A program made the translations under genes and the position numbers. Shown here piece by piece: positions 11,011 to 19,679 of a stretch of DNA of 64,000 nt (positions within the stretch are counted from its first letter, which is position 1; each line of letters opens with the position of its first letter). Under the pieces are notes generated by a model. It saw nothing but the letters and a program-made list of their open reading frames with translations. It was not told the DNA's origin and made no database searches. The stretch comes from Syntrophales bacterium (lineage in GTDB: Bacteria; Desulfobacterota; Syntrophia; Syntrophales; UBA4778), in the NCBI GenBank assembly GCA_041946925.1, contig JBHGBI010000002.1, positions 67,299 through 131,298 on the forward strand, in the 5' to 3' direction.

Positions 11011-11050
11011 TCCGGTTTTGTGATTGAGATCACAAAACCGGATTTTTTTT
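11011..11050 (+). terminator. rho-independent terminator after the DUF39 gene
   Basis: A perfect 14-bp stem, TCCGGTTTTGTGAT (11011-11024) pairing with ATCACAAAACCGGA (11029-11042), has loop TGAG and is followed by T8. Confidence 0.9.
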
Positions 11051-11148
11051 GAAAATTATATTTTTAAGATTGTTCATTCCTTTTTTTTCGTGTATAGGTC
11101 TCATAAATATCTCTTTAACGCCGGCTTCTCCAGGGGGAAACAAGACCG

Positions 11149-11415
11149 ATGAAGGTGGGCAGGTATCTTGTTATTTTCCTTCTCATTATGGGATTCCTGA
11201 TCGTCTTTGGAGACAACGGACTCATCGATAATTTCGTCCTGAAAGAAAAGCATTCCATTCTGAGAGATGCGAACATGCAGCTTGTGAAGGAGAACAACAA
11301 GCTCAAACAGGAAATCGCCCTGCTCAAGAGCAACCCGAAGCACATCGAAGCCACGGCGCGCAATGACCTCGGCATGGTTAAGAAAGGGGATATTGTTTAT
11401 AAATTTGTAAATTGA
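11149..11415 (+). CDS. ftsB: septum formation initiator (FtsB/DivIC family)
   Basis: 88 aa with an N-terminal TM helix, then a coiled coil (LKEKHSILRDANMQLVKENNKLKQEIALLKSNPKHIE) and ARNDLGMVKKGDIVY, all typical of FtsB. Confidence 0.85.
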   Translation: MKVGRYLVIFLLIMGFLIVFGDNGLIDNFVLKEKHSILRDANMQLVKENNKLKQEIALLKSNPKHIEATARNDLGMVKKGDIVYKFVN

Positions 11416-11553
11416 AGGGAGCCGCTGTTTGCTGCTGAGGTCTTGTGCTTTCGATTCCGTGCTGGCTGCAAATTCAGGAAAGACGGCGTTTCCGCGTGTT
11501 AAAGCTTTTTCAATTACGTCCGATAATGGACAATGTGAGCATTGGCCAGGAAA

Positions 11554-11584
11554 TAGTCAGATTTTTAATGGTGGCCAATATAAT
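11554..11584 (+). promoter_or_regulatory. candidate promoter for the riboswitch-pilM leader
   Basis: A perfect TATAAT lies at 11579-11584, about 17 nt upstream of the aptamer P1 strand. The -35 is only weak (TAGTCA at 11554-11559, 19-nt spacer). An alternative is TTAAAG (11499-11504), 17 nt, GATAAT (11522-11527). Confidence 0.4.
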
Positions 11585-11600
11585 ATAGTAGAGAGCAAAA

Positions 11601-11694
11601 GCCTGAAAAAGGCAAACCACCCGAAAGGATGGGACGCAAAGTTTCTGGCCTAAGTCCTCTTGAGGGGATAGGGCGGCAGGGCTGCCGGGCAGGC
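11601..11694 (+). promoter_or_regulatory. cyclic-di-GMP-I (GEMM-I) class riboswitch aptamer
   Basis: Core elements present: GGCAAACC (11611-11618), an ACCC-GAAA-GGAU hairpin with a GNRA loop (11623-11626), GACGCAAAG (11633-11641), and a CCUAAG receptor half (11649-11654) followed by hairpin UCCUC-UUGA-GGGGA. P1 is GCCUG (11601-11605) pairing with CAGGC (11690-11694). This is nearly colinear with the Vc2 aptamer core as I recall it. Confidence 0.75.
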
Positions 11695-11833
11695 ATCGCA
11701 TCCGGTTTCCGTATCGGATGAATATACGGTGTAAGATCATACCCGCCTCCTGAGACGCCGATTAGGCCGCTCTTTTCTAGTTTTTTGCTCTTCGTGGATT
11801 TCCCCGGCTGTTTTGCTTAAAGATGGAGATTTG

Positions 11834-12916
11834 ATGTTCAGATTCGGACTGGAAAGCTTGTTTTCTGGAAAAGGCGTCGTCGGACTCGATATAGGATCCA
11901 GCTCGCTGAAACTGACGGAGATATCGGATTCGGCAGATGGATACGTTCTGAGCAGATTCTCCCGGCTTCCCCTTCCCAGGGGGGTTATCGTGGGAGGGAA
12001 TCTACTGGGAAAAGAAGTTCTGGTCGAAAAAATTCGCCAGCTCTTCAAAGACTCCGGCTGCAAGGCCAAAAAGGTCGTTACCTCCCTGTCCGGGCATGCT
12101 GTTATTGTGAAGAAGGTGGGCTTTCCGGTGAGCGAGGAGGAAGAACTGCGCGATCTCCTGAATGACGAAGCCGAGAAATATCTCCCCTTTGACGATATCA
12201 AAGAAGTCAATTTCGATTTTCAGATTCTTGGAGAAAGCGATGTAATGCCCGGTCAAATGGATGTCATTCTTGCGGCCGCCAAAAAAGAGGTCGTCAAGAG
12301 TTATGTGGAGGCGATCGAAAAAGCGGGACTGAAAGTCGTTATTGTGGATGTGGACTCGTTTGCCCTGGAGACAATGTACGAGGCCAATTATGATTTCGAA
12401 GAACAGGATGTCATTGTTCTGGTGAATATAGGAGCCAGCATTACCAATATCAACGTCGTCAAGAGAGGCGGCTCCCTCTTCACGCGAGATTTTGCGATGG
12501 GCGGAGACTCCATTACAGAGAGTATACAGCGGAAGATCGGTGTCGATTTCGACGAGGCGGAAAAGATCAAGATTGCCGTAGTGGAAGGAGATCCGGATGA
12601 GCAGAGGATTCCTGCCTCGGAACTGATCGAGCTGGCGGATCCCATTTTTCTGGAAATAGAAAGGTCCGTTGATTATTTCAGGTCGATTTACGCAGGCGAA
12701 TACATAAAGAAGCTCCTGCTCAGCGGAGGAAGCGCAAAGATTCCCGGTATTCTCCATGTCCTCACGCAGAAGTTGAATATCGAGGCGGAACTGGTCAATC
12801 CGGTCAGGAATATCCTGTTCGACAAGAGAGTGTTCGACCCGAAAGTGCTGGACGATATAGGTCCCGACGCCGCGGTGGCCGTGGGTTTATCCCTGAGGCG
12901 GGTGAATGACAGATGA
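11834..12916 (+). CDS. pilM: type IV pilus assembly protein PilM
   Basis: MFRFGLESLFSGKGVVGLDIGSSSLKL is an actin-like ATPase fold N-terminus typical of PilM. GGAG lies 5 nt before ATG 11834. It is followed by pilNOPQ. Confidence 0.92.
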   Translation: MFRFGLESLFSGKGVVGLDIGSSSLKLTEISDSADGYVLSRFSRLPLPRGVIVGGNLLGKEVLVEKIRQLFKDSGCKAKKVVTSLSGHAVIVKKVGFPVSEEEELRDLLNDEAEKYLPFDDIKEVNFDFQILGESDVMPGQMDVILAAAKKEVVKSYVEAIEKAGLKVVIVDVDSFALETMYEANYDFEEQDVIVLVNIGASITNINVVKRGGSLFTRDFAMGGDSITESIQRKIGVDFDEAEKIKIAVVEGDPDEQRIPASELIELADPIFLEIERSVDYFRSIYAGEYIKKLLLSGGSAKIPGILHVLTQKLNIEAELVNPVRNILFDKRVFDPKVLDDIGPDAAVAVGLSLRRVNDR

Positions 12917-13458
12917 TAAAAATCAATCTTCTTCCATACAGGGAAAAGAAAAAGAGAGAAGGTCTGAAACGCGAGATGATCATTCTTTCCGCATGCGCCG
13001 CAATGGTTGTGGTCGCGCTGATCTCTTTACAGACGTACATGCTCTGGAGCACATCCGTGCTCGAGCAGCAGGTGAAGGATGCCGAGAACAGGCTTATAGG
13101 CCTGACCCGATCGGCGGGTGAGATTGATCGGGTGAAAAATGATAAACTCATACTCGAAAGAAAACTCGCGATCATCAACAGTCTGGAAGCTAACCGGCTC
13201 AAGCCCGTGCTCATTCTGGACGCCTTGACCACCCTTCTGCCTGCCGGGCAGTTGTGGATTACAAACCTGACCGCCAATGAAACAGATCTGCGGATCGACG
13301 GTATGGCCCGGGACAATTCGGCGGTTGCGCGTTTTATGAAAACCCTGGAGACATCGGTCTACATTCAATCCGTGGACCTGATTTCATCCAAACAGCAGAT
13401 CATAGCCCATACGAAATTACAGGCATTCACATTGTCCTGTGTTTTGAAGAAGGCATAG
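12913..13458 (+). CDS. pilN: type IV pilus assembly protein PilN
   Basis: MIKINLLPYREKKKRE followed by a single TM helix. The start overlaps the pilM stop (ATGA). Confidence 0.9.
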   Translation: MIKINLLPYREKKKREGLKREMIILSACAAMVVVALISLQTYMLWSTSVLEQQVKDAENRLIGLTRSAGEIDRVKNDKLILERKLAIINSLEANRLKPVLILDALTTLLPAGQLWITNLTANETDLRIDGMARDNSAVARFMKTLETSVYIQSVDLISSKQQIIAHTKLQAFTLSCVLKKA

Positions 13459-13462
13459 TGTT

Positions 13463-14065
13463 ATGAAGCTCGATTTGGAAGAAATCAAAAAAATGTCCCC
13501 CAGAAAGAAGGGACTGCTCGCCGCGCTTGTTTTTCTGCTTGCCGGTTACCTGTATTATTCCCTGCTCTATCAGCCCCTCAGTGAAAAAAAGAGCTCCCTC
13601 CAGGCAAAGCTCTCGCAAATCCGGCAGCAGATATCGGGCAAAGAACTAATTATCAAGGAGATCCAGAAAAATAAAAAAGAAGTGCTTGCACTGAAAGAAT
13701 CCTTGCAGACAGCGCTGACCAAACTTCCGGATCAGAAGGAAATTCCCGGTCTTCTGAGTTCTCTTTCGGAAGAGGGGCGCAAAGCGGGGATGGATTTTCT
13801 GCTGTTCGAACCTGTGCAGCCGGTGAGCAAAGAATTTTATGCCGAAATTCCGGTAAAGGTAACGGTGAATGGCGGCTTCCATGATGTTGTCCGTTTTTTT
13901 GAGCAGGTGGCGAAACTCCCGCGGATCGTGAATATTACCGATTTTTCGATCTCGGCTGCGAAGGACGCCAAAGGCGATTCTAATATTCTGACAACTTCGT
14001 GCATGATCAAGACTTACATGTTTGTGGAAAAAGCGGCCGAAAAAAAAGATGAAAAGAAAAAATAA
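13463..14065 (+). CDS. pilO: type IV pilus assembly protein PilO
   Basis: 200 aa with a TM helix, a coiled coil, and a C-terminal domain (IPVKVTVNGGFHDVVRFFEQVAKLPRIVNI) typical of PilO. Confidence 0.9.
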   Translation: MKLDLEEIKKMSPRKKGLLAALVFLLAGYLYYSLLYQPLSEKKSSLQAKLSQIRQQISGKELIIKEIQKNKKEVLALKESLQTALTKLPDQKEIPGLLSSLSEEGRKAGMDFLLFEPVQPVSKEFYAEIPVKVTVNGGFHDVVRFFEQVAKLPRIVNITDFSISAAKDAKGDSNILTTSCMIKTYMFVEKAAEKKDEKKK

Positions 14066-14540
14066 GCCATATACGGTTTATGGGCTACTGATTGCTGTAT
14101 TTACAGTGCTGGGGGTGATTGCTCCTCTGCCGCCTTCGCCCGCGCGGAGTGAAGATCCGTATAAAATCGAGACATACAGCTATAATCCCGCCGGCAAGCC
14201 GGATCCATTCAACCCGCTGGTGAAAAAGGAAGAAGGGGTAAAAAAGAAATCCTCCGGGTCGGCCTTTCTTACGCCGTTGCAAAGACAGGATATCGGGCAG
14301 TTCAGACTGGTGGGCATTGCTGATTCAGGAAGCAGAAAAATAGCGATGGTCGTTGATCAGAAGGGCAAGAATTATATCATATCCCAGGGGACGCACATCG
14401 GCCTGAATAACGGACGGGTCAGCAAGATACTTGATGATCAGATCATTATTGAAGAAAAATTGAATGGGAATTCCGGTAAATCGAGAGTGAATCGACTTAC
14501 CCTCAAGCTTTATCGTTATCAGGAAGAGGAAAAACCATGA
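14049..14540 (+). CDS. pilP: type IV pilus assembly protein PilP
   Basis: Signal/anchor sequence MKRKNKPYTVYGLLIAVFTVLG, then DPFNPL and FRLVGIADSGSRKIAMVVDQKGKNYII, which are PilP-like. ATG 14049 is preferred to the listed 14022. Confidence 0.85.
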   Translation: MKRKNKPYTVYGLLIAVFTVLGVIAPLPPSPARSEDPYKIETYSYNPAGKPDPFNPLVKKEEGVKKKSSGSAFLTPLQRQDIGQFRLVGIADSGSRKIAMVVDQKGKNYIISQGTHIGLNNGRVSKILDDQIIIEEKLNGNSGKSRVNRLTLKLYRYQEEEKP

Positions 14541-15886
14541 AAAGGAACCGTCTTTCGGCAGCCATCCTAATATGTTTACCCGCCTTTATTCTTTGCATGG
14601 ATCCCGCTGGTTATACAGAAGATCAGATATCGGGGGCGAGTTCCTCTCCCGCCGTAGTATCCGGGAATCCTCAGTCGCCGTCAAATGAAAAGGCGAACAG
14701 TGAATCGGTTCCGGACCTTTTCACAGAAAGGCCGAAAGATGAGAAGACCATGAATGTAAAAGAAGGCAAAAGGTATTTCGGCCACCGGATATCGCTGGAC
14801 TTTCAGGACGCCGGTATCAAGAGTGTCTTCAGGCTGATTTCCGAAGTGAGCGGCGTCAATATTGTATCCGGAGAGGATGTCAAAGGAGTTATTACTGTCC
14901 ACATGAGAAATGTACCCTGGGATCAGGCTCTTGAAACCATTCTGGATACAAACGGCCTGGGGATGAAGAGAACAGGCAATGTCATAGCTGTTTTACCTCT
15001 GGAAAAAATCAAAAAAGCGGAAGAAGAACGTCTGAAGGAGGATATCGCCCAGGGTAGAAAGACGCAGATTGCGATCGAGGCAAAGATCGTGGATATAACG
15101 ACAAGTTATTCTAAAAAGATAGGAGTTCAATGGGGAGGCGGCTATGCCGTAAGCAGTAATTACTGGCTGCGGGGCGGCGGCGGCATCATGCCGACGGGCC
15201 TGACGGCTTACCCGGGCGGCGTCGGGGTCGTGAGGGATTCCTTCGGCAGCGGGGGAGACCTCTTCGGCACGAGTTATATCGCGAATCTGGCACACAGCTA
15301 CACGGCCTCTCCTACGATCGGATTGTTGATAGGCGGTTCCCAGGCCATGCTGGATGCGCAGCTAACGGCCCTTGAGGGATCTGGGGAAGTGAAGATTCTT
15401 TCTTCTCCCAAAGTCACGACTCTCGAGAATGTAAAAGCCTACATAAAACAGGGTCAGGCTATTCCGATCATCACGAAAGCGACAACAACAGAGCCGGCGA
15501 AAACGGAGTACAAGGATGCCGTCTTGCAGTTGACGGTGACCCCGACAATTACTCCGGACGGCCGCCTTTCCCTGAAGATTCTGGCGACGAACGATTCACC
15601 GGATTACTCGACACAGACCGCGCAAAAGCTCGATAATCCTCCAATCAACAAGAGCGAAGTTGAATGCAACGTGATTGTAAGAGACGGCGAGACAGTCGTG
15701 GTCGGCGGGATCAGAAAAGTCACCGACAGTACAGGACAGAGTGGGATACCCTGGCTTTCGGAAATACCGATTCTCGGATGGCTTTTCAAATCCCAGGAGA
15801 AATCCAAAGATCAAAGAGAAATCCTGATTTTCATTACGCCCAGGATTGTCCAGGACGTGCAGAAAACAGCAGCGGCCAGGCAATGA
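14537..15886 (+). CDS. pilQ: type IV pilus secretin PilQ
   Basis: A signal peptide, a secretin N domain (VTVHMRNVPWDQALETIL) and a C-terminal secretin domain (GIPWLSEIPILGWLFKS..REILIFITPRIV). At 449 aa it is short, with no AMIN domains. Confidence 0.9.
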   Translation: MKRNRLSAAILICLPAFILCMDPAGYTEDQISGASSSPAVVSGNPQSPSNEKANSESVPDLFTERPKDEKTMNVKEGKRYFGHRISLDFQDAGIKSVFRLISEVSGVNIVSGEDVKGVITVHMRNVPWDQALETILDTNGLGMKRTGNVIAVLPLEKIKKAEEERLKEDIAQGRKTQIAIEAKIVDITTSYSKKIGVQWGGGYAVSSNYWLRGGGGIMPTGLTAYPGGVGVVRDSFGSGGDLFGTSYIANLAHSYTASPTIGLLIGGSQAMLDAQLTALEGSGEVKILSSPKVTTLENVKAYIKQGQAIPIITKATTTEPAKTEYKDAVLQLTVTPTITPDGRLSLKILATNDSPDYSTQTAQKLDNPPINKSEVECNVIVRDGETVVVGGIRKVTDSTGQSGIPWLSEIPILGWLFKSQEKSKDQREILIFITPRIVQDVQKTAAARQ

Positions 15887-15895
15887 CTTCTCATA

Positions 15896-16228
15896 TTACC
15901 CGGGGTAAGCAGCTCTTACGGTTGTGTGTATTCCCCCCCGCACATTGAATTTTCCGATCACCTCGACCTTTTTGGGATTGACTGCGGCTAAAAAATCATC
16001 CAGTATTCGATTAACAGCCTCTTCGTGGAATATCCCTTGATTGCGGAAAGAATTCAAGTAAAACTTCATGGATTTCAGCTCGACCAATAATCCCGATGGT
16101 ATGTAAGTTATAGTGATTTCAGCAAAATCAGGCTGAGATGTCATCGGGCAAAGACAGGTGAATTCCGGGAAACGGATATTGACTTCGTAATCGCGATTCG
16201 GGTATTTATTTTCTATTGTCTTCAGCAT
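15896..16228 (-). CDS. queF: NADPH-dependent 7-cyano-7-deazaguanine reductase (type I)
   Basis: 110 aa. EFTCLCPMTSQPDFAEITITYIP and the E(S/L)K..K.Y motif (VELKSMKFYLNSFRN) are QueF signatures. Confidence 0.93.
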   Translation of the reverse strand: MLKTIENKYPNRDYEVNIRFPEFTCLCPMTSQPDFAEITITYIPSGLLVELKSMKFYLNSFRNQGIFHEEAVNRILDDFLAAVNPKKVEVIGKFNVRGGIHTTVRAAYPG

Positions 16229-16462
16229 GGAATTCCTTTCTGAAAATTTTCCGTCAGCAGTCGAAAAATCCTTGACTGCCGGGCATAAAAGCAGATTATG
16301 TTATACATCTTGCTGATTTTTTTATCATTCGCCGGAAACCCGTGTCAACGGGATTATAAAAAATCTTCTGCAAACTCTATAAAAAATAATTTACTTTTTT
16401 AAAGTATCGCCGGGATATATCCGCTTGACACACCCCGGGCTGTATGTTAGTAGCTTTCGGCT

Positions 16463-17200
16463 ATGTGCGGGGATAACGACATGAAATCGCCCGAAATTTC
16501 GATCATGAACAGGGATATCGAGGCGAGGGATGAGTTTCTCTCTCTGGCGGAAGTGTATCTGAAGCAGAATTTATTCCAGGTCGTACTGGATATGGCAAGG
16601 GACAGACTCAACTCCGCACCGAATGAAGTCGACGCCAGGATCGTTTTGTATCGCGCATTGGTTGGTTTGAAGAGGGATGAAGAAGCATCGGGAATTCTGA
16701 AGGATATAGAATCCGATTTTCTCCGGTGGTCCCCTGTTTATGAATTGCTCGGTGATGTCTGCTGCCGCAGAGGTCTGAAGGAGGAAGCGAAAAGATACTA
16801 CGAAATATTCGAGCTGCTGAACCCCGGCTCCTCCAGGCACGGGGAAATCGCCGAGAGGATGGAATCTCTTGCCGAAGCCGACCCGCAGTCGAAGGAGCCC
16901 GACAGCAAGGAATATACCCCGGAGATTTCATCGGATTTCCGAACAGTTACTATGGCGGAACTTTTTATCAGGCAAGGTCATCCGGACACGGCAAGACAAA
17001 TTCTGGAGGAGATTCTCAAAACCGATCCCGGCAATGAGTCAGTATTGGAGAAACTGCGGGAGGCAGAGACTATGCTTAACCAGGGCAGAACAGGTGAAGT
17101 TTCCGGGAAAAGGGAGGCTGTCATAAGGGAGCTCAACGCATGGCTCGGCAAGATCAAAAGGTCCAGAGGTAATGTCCCGGCCCCTGCAAGTATTCCATGA
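16463..17200 (+). CDS. TPR-like protein with a FimV-C-terminal-like motif
   Basis: 245 aa, helical-repeat composition. MAELFIRQGHPDTARQILEEILKTDPGNESVLEKL resembles the FimV C-terminal repeat as I remember it. The function is unknown. Confidence 0.5.
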   Translation: MCGDNDMKSPEISIMNRDIEARDEFLSLAEVYLKQNLFQVVLDMARDRLNSAPNEVDARIVLYRALVGLKRDEEASGILKDIESDFLRWSPVYELLGDVCCRRGLKEEAKRYYEIFELLNPGSSRHGEIAERMESLAEADPQSKEPDSKEYTPEISSDFRTVTMAELFIRQGHPDTARQILEEILKTDPGNESVLEKLREAETMLNQGRTGEVSGKREAVIRELNAWLGKIKRSRGNVPAPASIP

Positions 17201-18260
17201 AAGGATTTCCCGGCTCCGTTCGAAGCTGGATCGCCTTGAAATTGATGCTATTCTGCTGCTGAATCCGGCCAATATACGGTATCTGACGGATTTCTCGGGC
17301 AGTGACGGGGCACTGGTCATCGGAGGCGCGCGGGCCTTTTTACTTGTTGACGGCCGATATGTGACCCAAGCGCAGGATGAAGCGAAAGGCGCGGAGGTAA
17401 TCGAATATCGGGACAAGATCGATGGTATTGTCCAGGTAGCGTGTGATTCGGGATTTAAGGCGGTCGGCTTCGAGTCGATGTCAATGTACGTTGATCAATT
17501 TCTGAAACTCCAAGCCAGGCTGCAGGGACTTCAACTGAAGCCGGTTTTCGAGGAAATCGAGTATATCCGGGCTATAAAAGATTCCCTGGAAGAAGAACGG
17601 ATGAAGAAAGCCGCGGAGACGGCCTCAGGAGCGTTTCATTCCATTCTGGATTTTATAAAACCGGGTGTCAGGGAAAGAGATATTGCGCTGGAGCTGGACT
17701 ACCGGTTGAAGTCGGCGGGAGCGGAGGACTGTTCGTTCAATACCATTGTCGCGTCCGGAACCAACACTGCTTTGCCGCATGCCAGGCCGGGGTTCAGGGA
17801 ATTCACGCGCGGGGATTTCATTATTTTTGATTACGGCGCTGTGTATATGGGATATCATTCCGATGAAACCTGCACAGTCGCTCTGGGTGATGCGGATTTA
17901 CGCCAGAGGAAAGTTTATCAGGTTGTCAAAGACGCTCACGACATGACCATTGATGCCGTGAAGGCCGGGATCTCATGTAAGGCAGTGGATCATATCGCCC
18001 GCGACTACATAGACAAGAAGGGTTTCGGTCCTTACTTCCGCCATGGCACGGGACACGGCGTGGGTCTTGAAGTCCACGAGCCTCCCAGGATTGCTTACAA
18101 TTCAGATGCGGTTCTGGAAGCGGGCATGATTGTCACCATAGAGCCCGGCATATACATCCCCGGTCAGTGGGGCGTTAGAATCGAAGATATGGTCCTTGTG
18201 AAAGAGAATGGATATGAAGTTTTAACGAAGGCAACAAAGGATTTCAGGCTGGTCGGGTAA
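17172..18260 (+). CDS. pepP: Xaa-Pro aminopeptidase (M24 family)
   Basis: A creatinase-like N-terminal domain followed by the M24 metal ligands (DYGAVYMGYHSDETCT, HGTGHGVGLEVHE, VTIEPGIY, IEDMV). Confidence 0.9.
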   Translation: MSRPLQVFHERISRLRSKLDRLEIDAILLLNPANIRYLTDFSGSDGALVIGGARAFLLVDGRYVTQAQDEAKGAEVIEYRDKIDGIVQVACDSGFKAVGFESMSMYVDQFLKLQARLQGLQLKPVFEEIEYIRAIKDSLEEERMKKAAETASGAFHSILDFIKPGVRERDIALELDYRLKSAGAEDCSFNTIVASGTNTALPHARPGFREFTRGDFIIFDYGAVYMGYHSDETCTVALGDADLRQRKVYQVVKDAHDMTIDAVKAGISCKAVDHIARDYIDKKGFGPYFRHGTGHGVGLEVHEPPRIAYNSDAVLEAGMIVTIEPGIYIPGQWGVRIEDMVLVKENGYEVLTKATKDFRLVG

Positions 18261-18402
18261 CTATAATGGACGTCCGAAATATGTTGCCATGCCGGCCTCC
18301 AGCGTGAAAAACACCTGCCTTGCAGGCTGCTCAAGAATATGGGCGAAAGGCTGATGGCCTTGAACTCAGGAGTTGGGAAGTTTGGAAAGATAGGAGTCGA
18401 GA

Positions 18403-18801
18403 ATGATGGATTTTCCAGATGATCTGCTTTACAGTCGAGAGCATACATGGGCGAGAATAGACGGCAATCTCGCGACGATAGGGATTACCGATTATGCACA
18501 GGAGAAACTGGGAGAGATACTCCATGTAGAACTCCCGCAGGCGGATTCATATGTGGAACAGGATGAGCCTTTCGGTACTATAGAATCCGCGAAGACAGTA
18601 ACGGAACTGATTTCCCCGGTCAGCGGCGAAATTGTACGCGTAAACGAGGATATGGTCGATGACGTGGGGATAGTGAACAGCGATCCTTACGATACGGGGT
18701 GGATGATCATTGTTGAAATAAAAGATCCGGGAGAACTTGACAATCTTCTGGATTCCATGGAATACAAGGATTATGTGGGCGGTGAAGAAGGGCTGGATTG
18801 A
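18403..18801 (+). CDS. gcvH: glycine cleavage system H protein / lipoyl carrier
   Basis: YSREHTWARIDGNLATIGITDYAQEKLGEILHVELP and the lipoyl-lysine context (GTIESAKTVTELISPVSG). Confidence 0.93.
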   Translation: MMDFPDDLLYSREHTWARIDGNLATIGITDYAQEKLGEILHVELPQADSYVEQDEPFGTIESAKTVTELISPVSGEIVRVNEDMVDDVGIVNSDPYDTGWMIIVEIKDPGELDNLLDSMEYKDYVGGEEGLD

Positions 18802-18807
18802 GTCGCT

Positions 18808-19644
18808 GTGGAACAATGGAGAATTCTTCCCTATAGAAAAGATCATGCCTTTGCGAATATGGCTATCGACGAGGCCATATTCAGGGAAAATCAACGGCTG
18901 GAGAGTCCGCCGACCCTCAGATTCTATGGATGGCAGCCGCCCGCGGTTTCTCTCGGATACTTTCAGGATTTCGATAAAGAGGTCAATGAGGAATTCTGCC
19001 GCGAAAAGCGCATAGATATTGTCCGCCGCCCCACTGGAGGGAAGGCAGTACTTCACCAAAACGACTTGACGTATTCTCTTGTTGCCAGAGGCGATCATCC
19101 TTTGTTTCCCCGGGGCATTCTGGGGACCTATCTCGTCATCAGCAGATGCATTATAAACAGTTTATTAAGGATCGGGATTGATGCCCAAATGGAGACAGGG
19201 CATCGCTATCTCGAGTGCGATGATCTGAAGGCCTTTTGCTTTTCTGTTCCATCTCAATACGAGATTCTCGTAAAGGGCCGTAAAATCTGCGGCAGTGCCC
19301 AGGTAAGGTCGAACGGATCATTTTTACAGCATGGTTCAATACTGCTCGACTTCGATCCCGAAACGATCTGGGCGTCTATTTCCATGGGCAACCTGGCCCG
19401 GACAGCCTATCTGGATCACCTGAGGGATTCCGTCATTTCCGTTAATGATCTTCTGGAAAGCCGGATAACGGCCGATGACTTCAGCAGCATAGTGAAAGAG
19501 TCATTCGAAGACGTCCTTAATATCAAGCTTTGCGAGGGAGAACTGACGGCCCGGGAAGAGTGCCTGAAGGAGCGGCTCCTGGAAGAAAAATACAGAACGG
19601 ATCTCTGGAATAGAAGCGCCGGAACGAAGAATGTTTCCAATTAA
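18808..19644 (+). CDS. lipoate-protein ligase A / octanoyltransferase family protein (catalytic domain only)
   Basis: GTG start. PTLRFYGWQPPAVSLGYFQ, VRRPTGGKAVLH and ICGSAQVR are LplA/LipM-type motifs. The gene is adjacent to gcvH. Confidence 0.85.
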   Translation: MEQWRILPYRKDHAFANMAIDEAIFRENQRLESPPTLRFYGWQPPAVSLGYFQDFDKEVNEEFCREKRIDIVRRPTGGKAVLHQNDLTYSLVARGDHPLFPRGILGTYLVISRCIINSLLRIGIDAQMETGHRYLECDDLKAFCFSVPSQYEILVKGRKICGSAQVRSNGSFLQHGSILLDFDPETIWASISMGNLARTAYLDHLRDSVISVNDLLESRITADDFSSIVKESFEDVLNIKLCEGELTAREECLKERLLEEKYRTDLWNRSAGTKNVSN

Positions 19645-19650
19645 TTTCTA

Positions 19651-19679
19651 TTGACAAATCAGGCACTTTTGTATATACG
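19651..19679 (+). promoter_or_regulatory. candidate sigma70 promoter at the start of an unexplained 540-bp gap
   Basis: TTGACA (19651-19656), a 17-nt spacer, then TATACG (19674-19679), starting 7 nt after the lplA-like stop. No ORF or known RNA could be assigned downstream before rpsU. Confidence 0.45.

Noticed and set aside
11416-11833. I first considered RNase P RNA, tmRNA, 6S or SRP RNA in the ftsB-pilM gap, and also the listed ORF 11429..11653.
   Set aside because: The universally conserved RNase P GGAAAGUCCGG and ACAGAANNCGGCUUA blocks are absent, as is a tmRNA tRNA-like 3' end. The ORF has a TTG start, no RBS and an odd composition. The structured part is better explained by the GEMM-I riboswitch.
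16229-16330. Possible preQ1 riboswitch in the queF 5' leader (minus strand). Hairpins are GCAGUC..GACUGC and AGCAAGAU..AUCUGCU, and there is a perfect TTGACA at about 16347-16352.
   Set aside because: The compact preQ1-I/II features are not evident: a short stem with a conserved C-rich loop plus an A-rich tail ending near the SD. Loops are too large and the conserved nucleotides are missing. Only a generic structured leader can be claimed.
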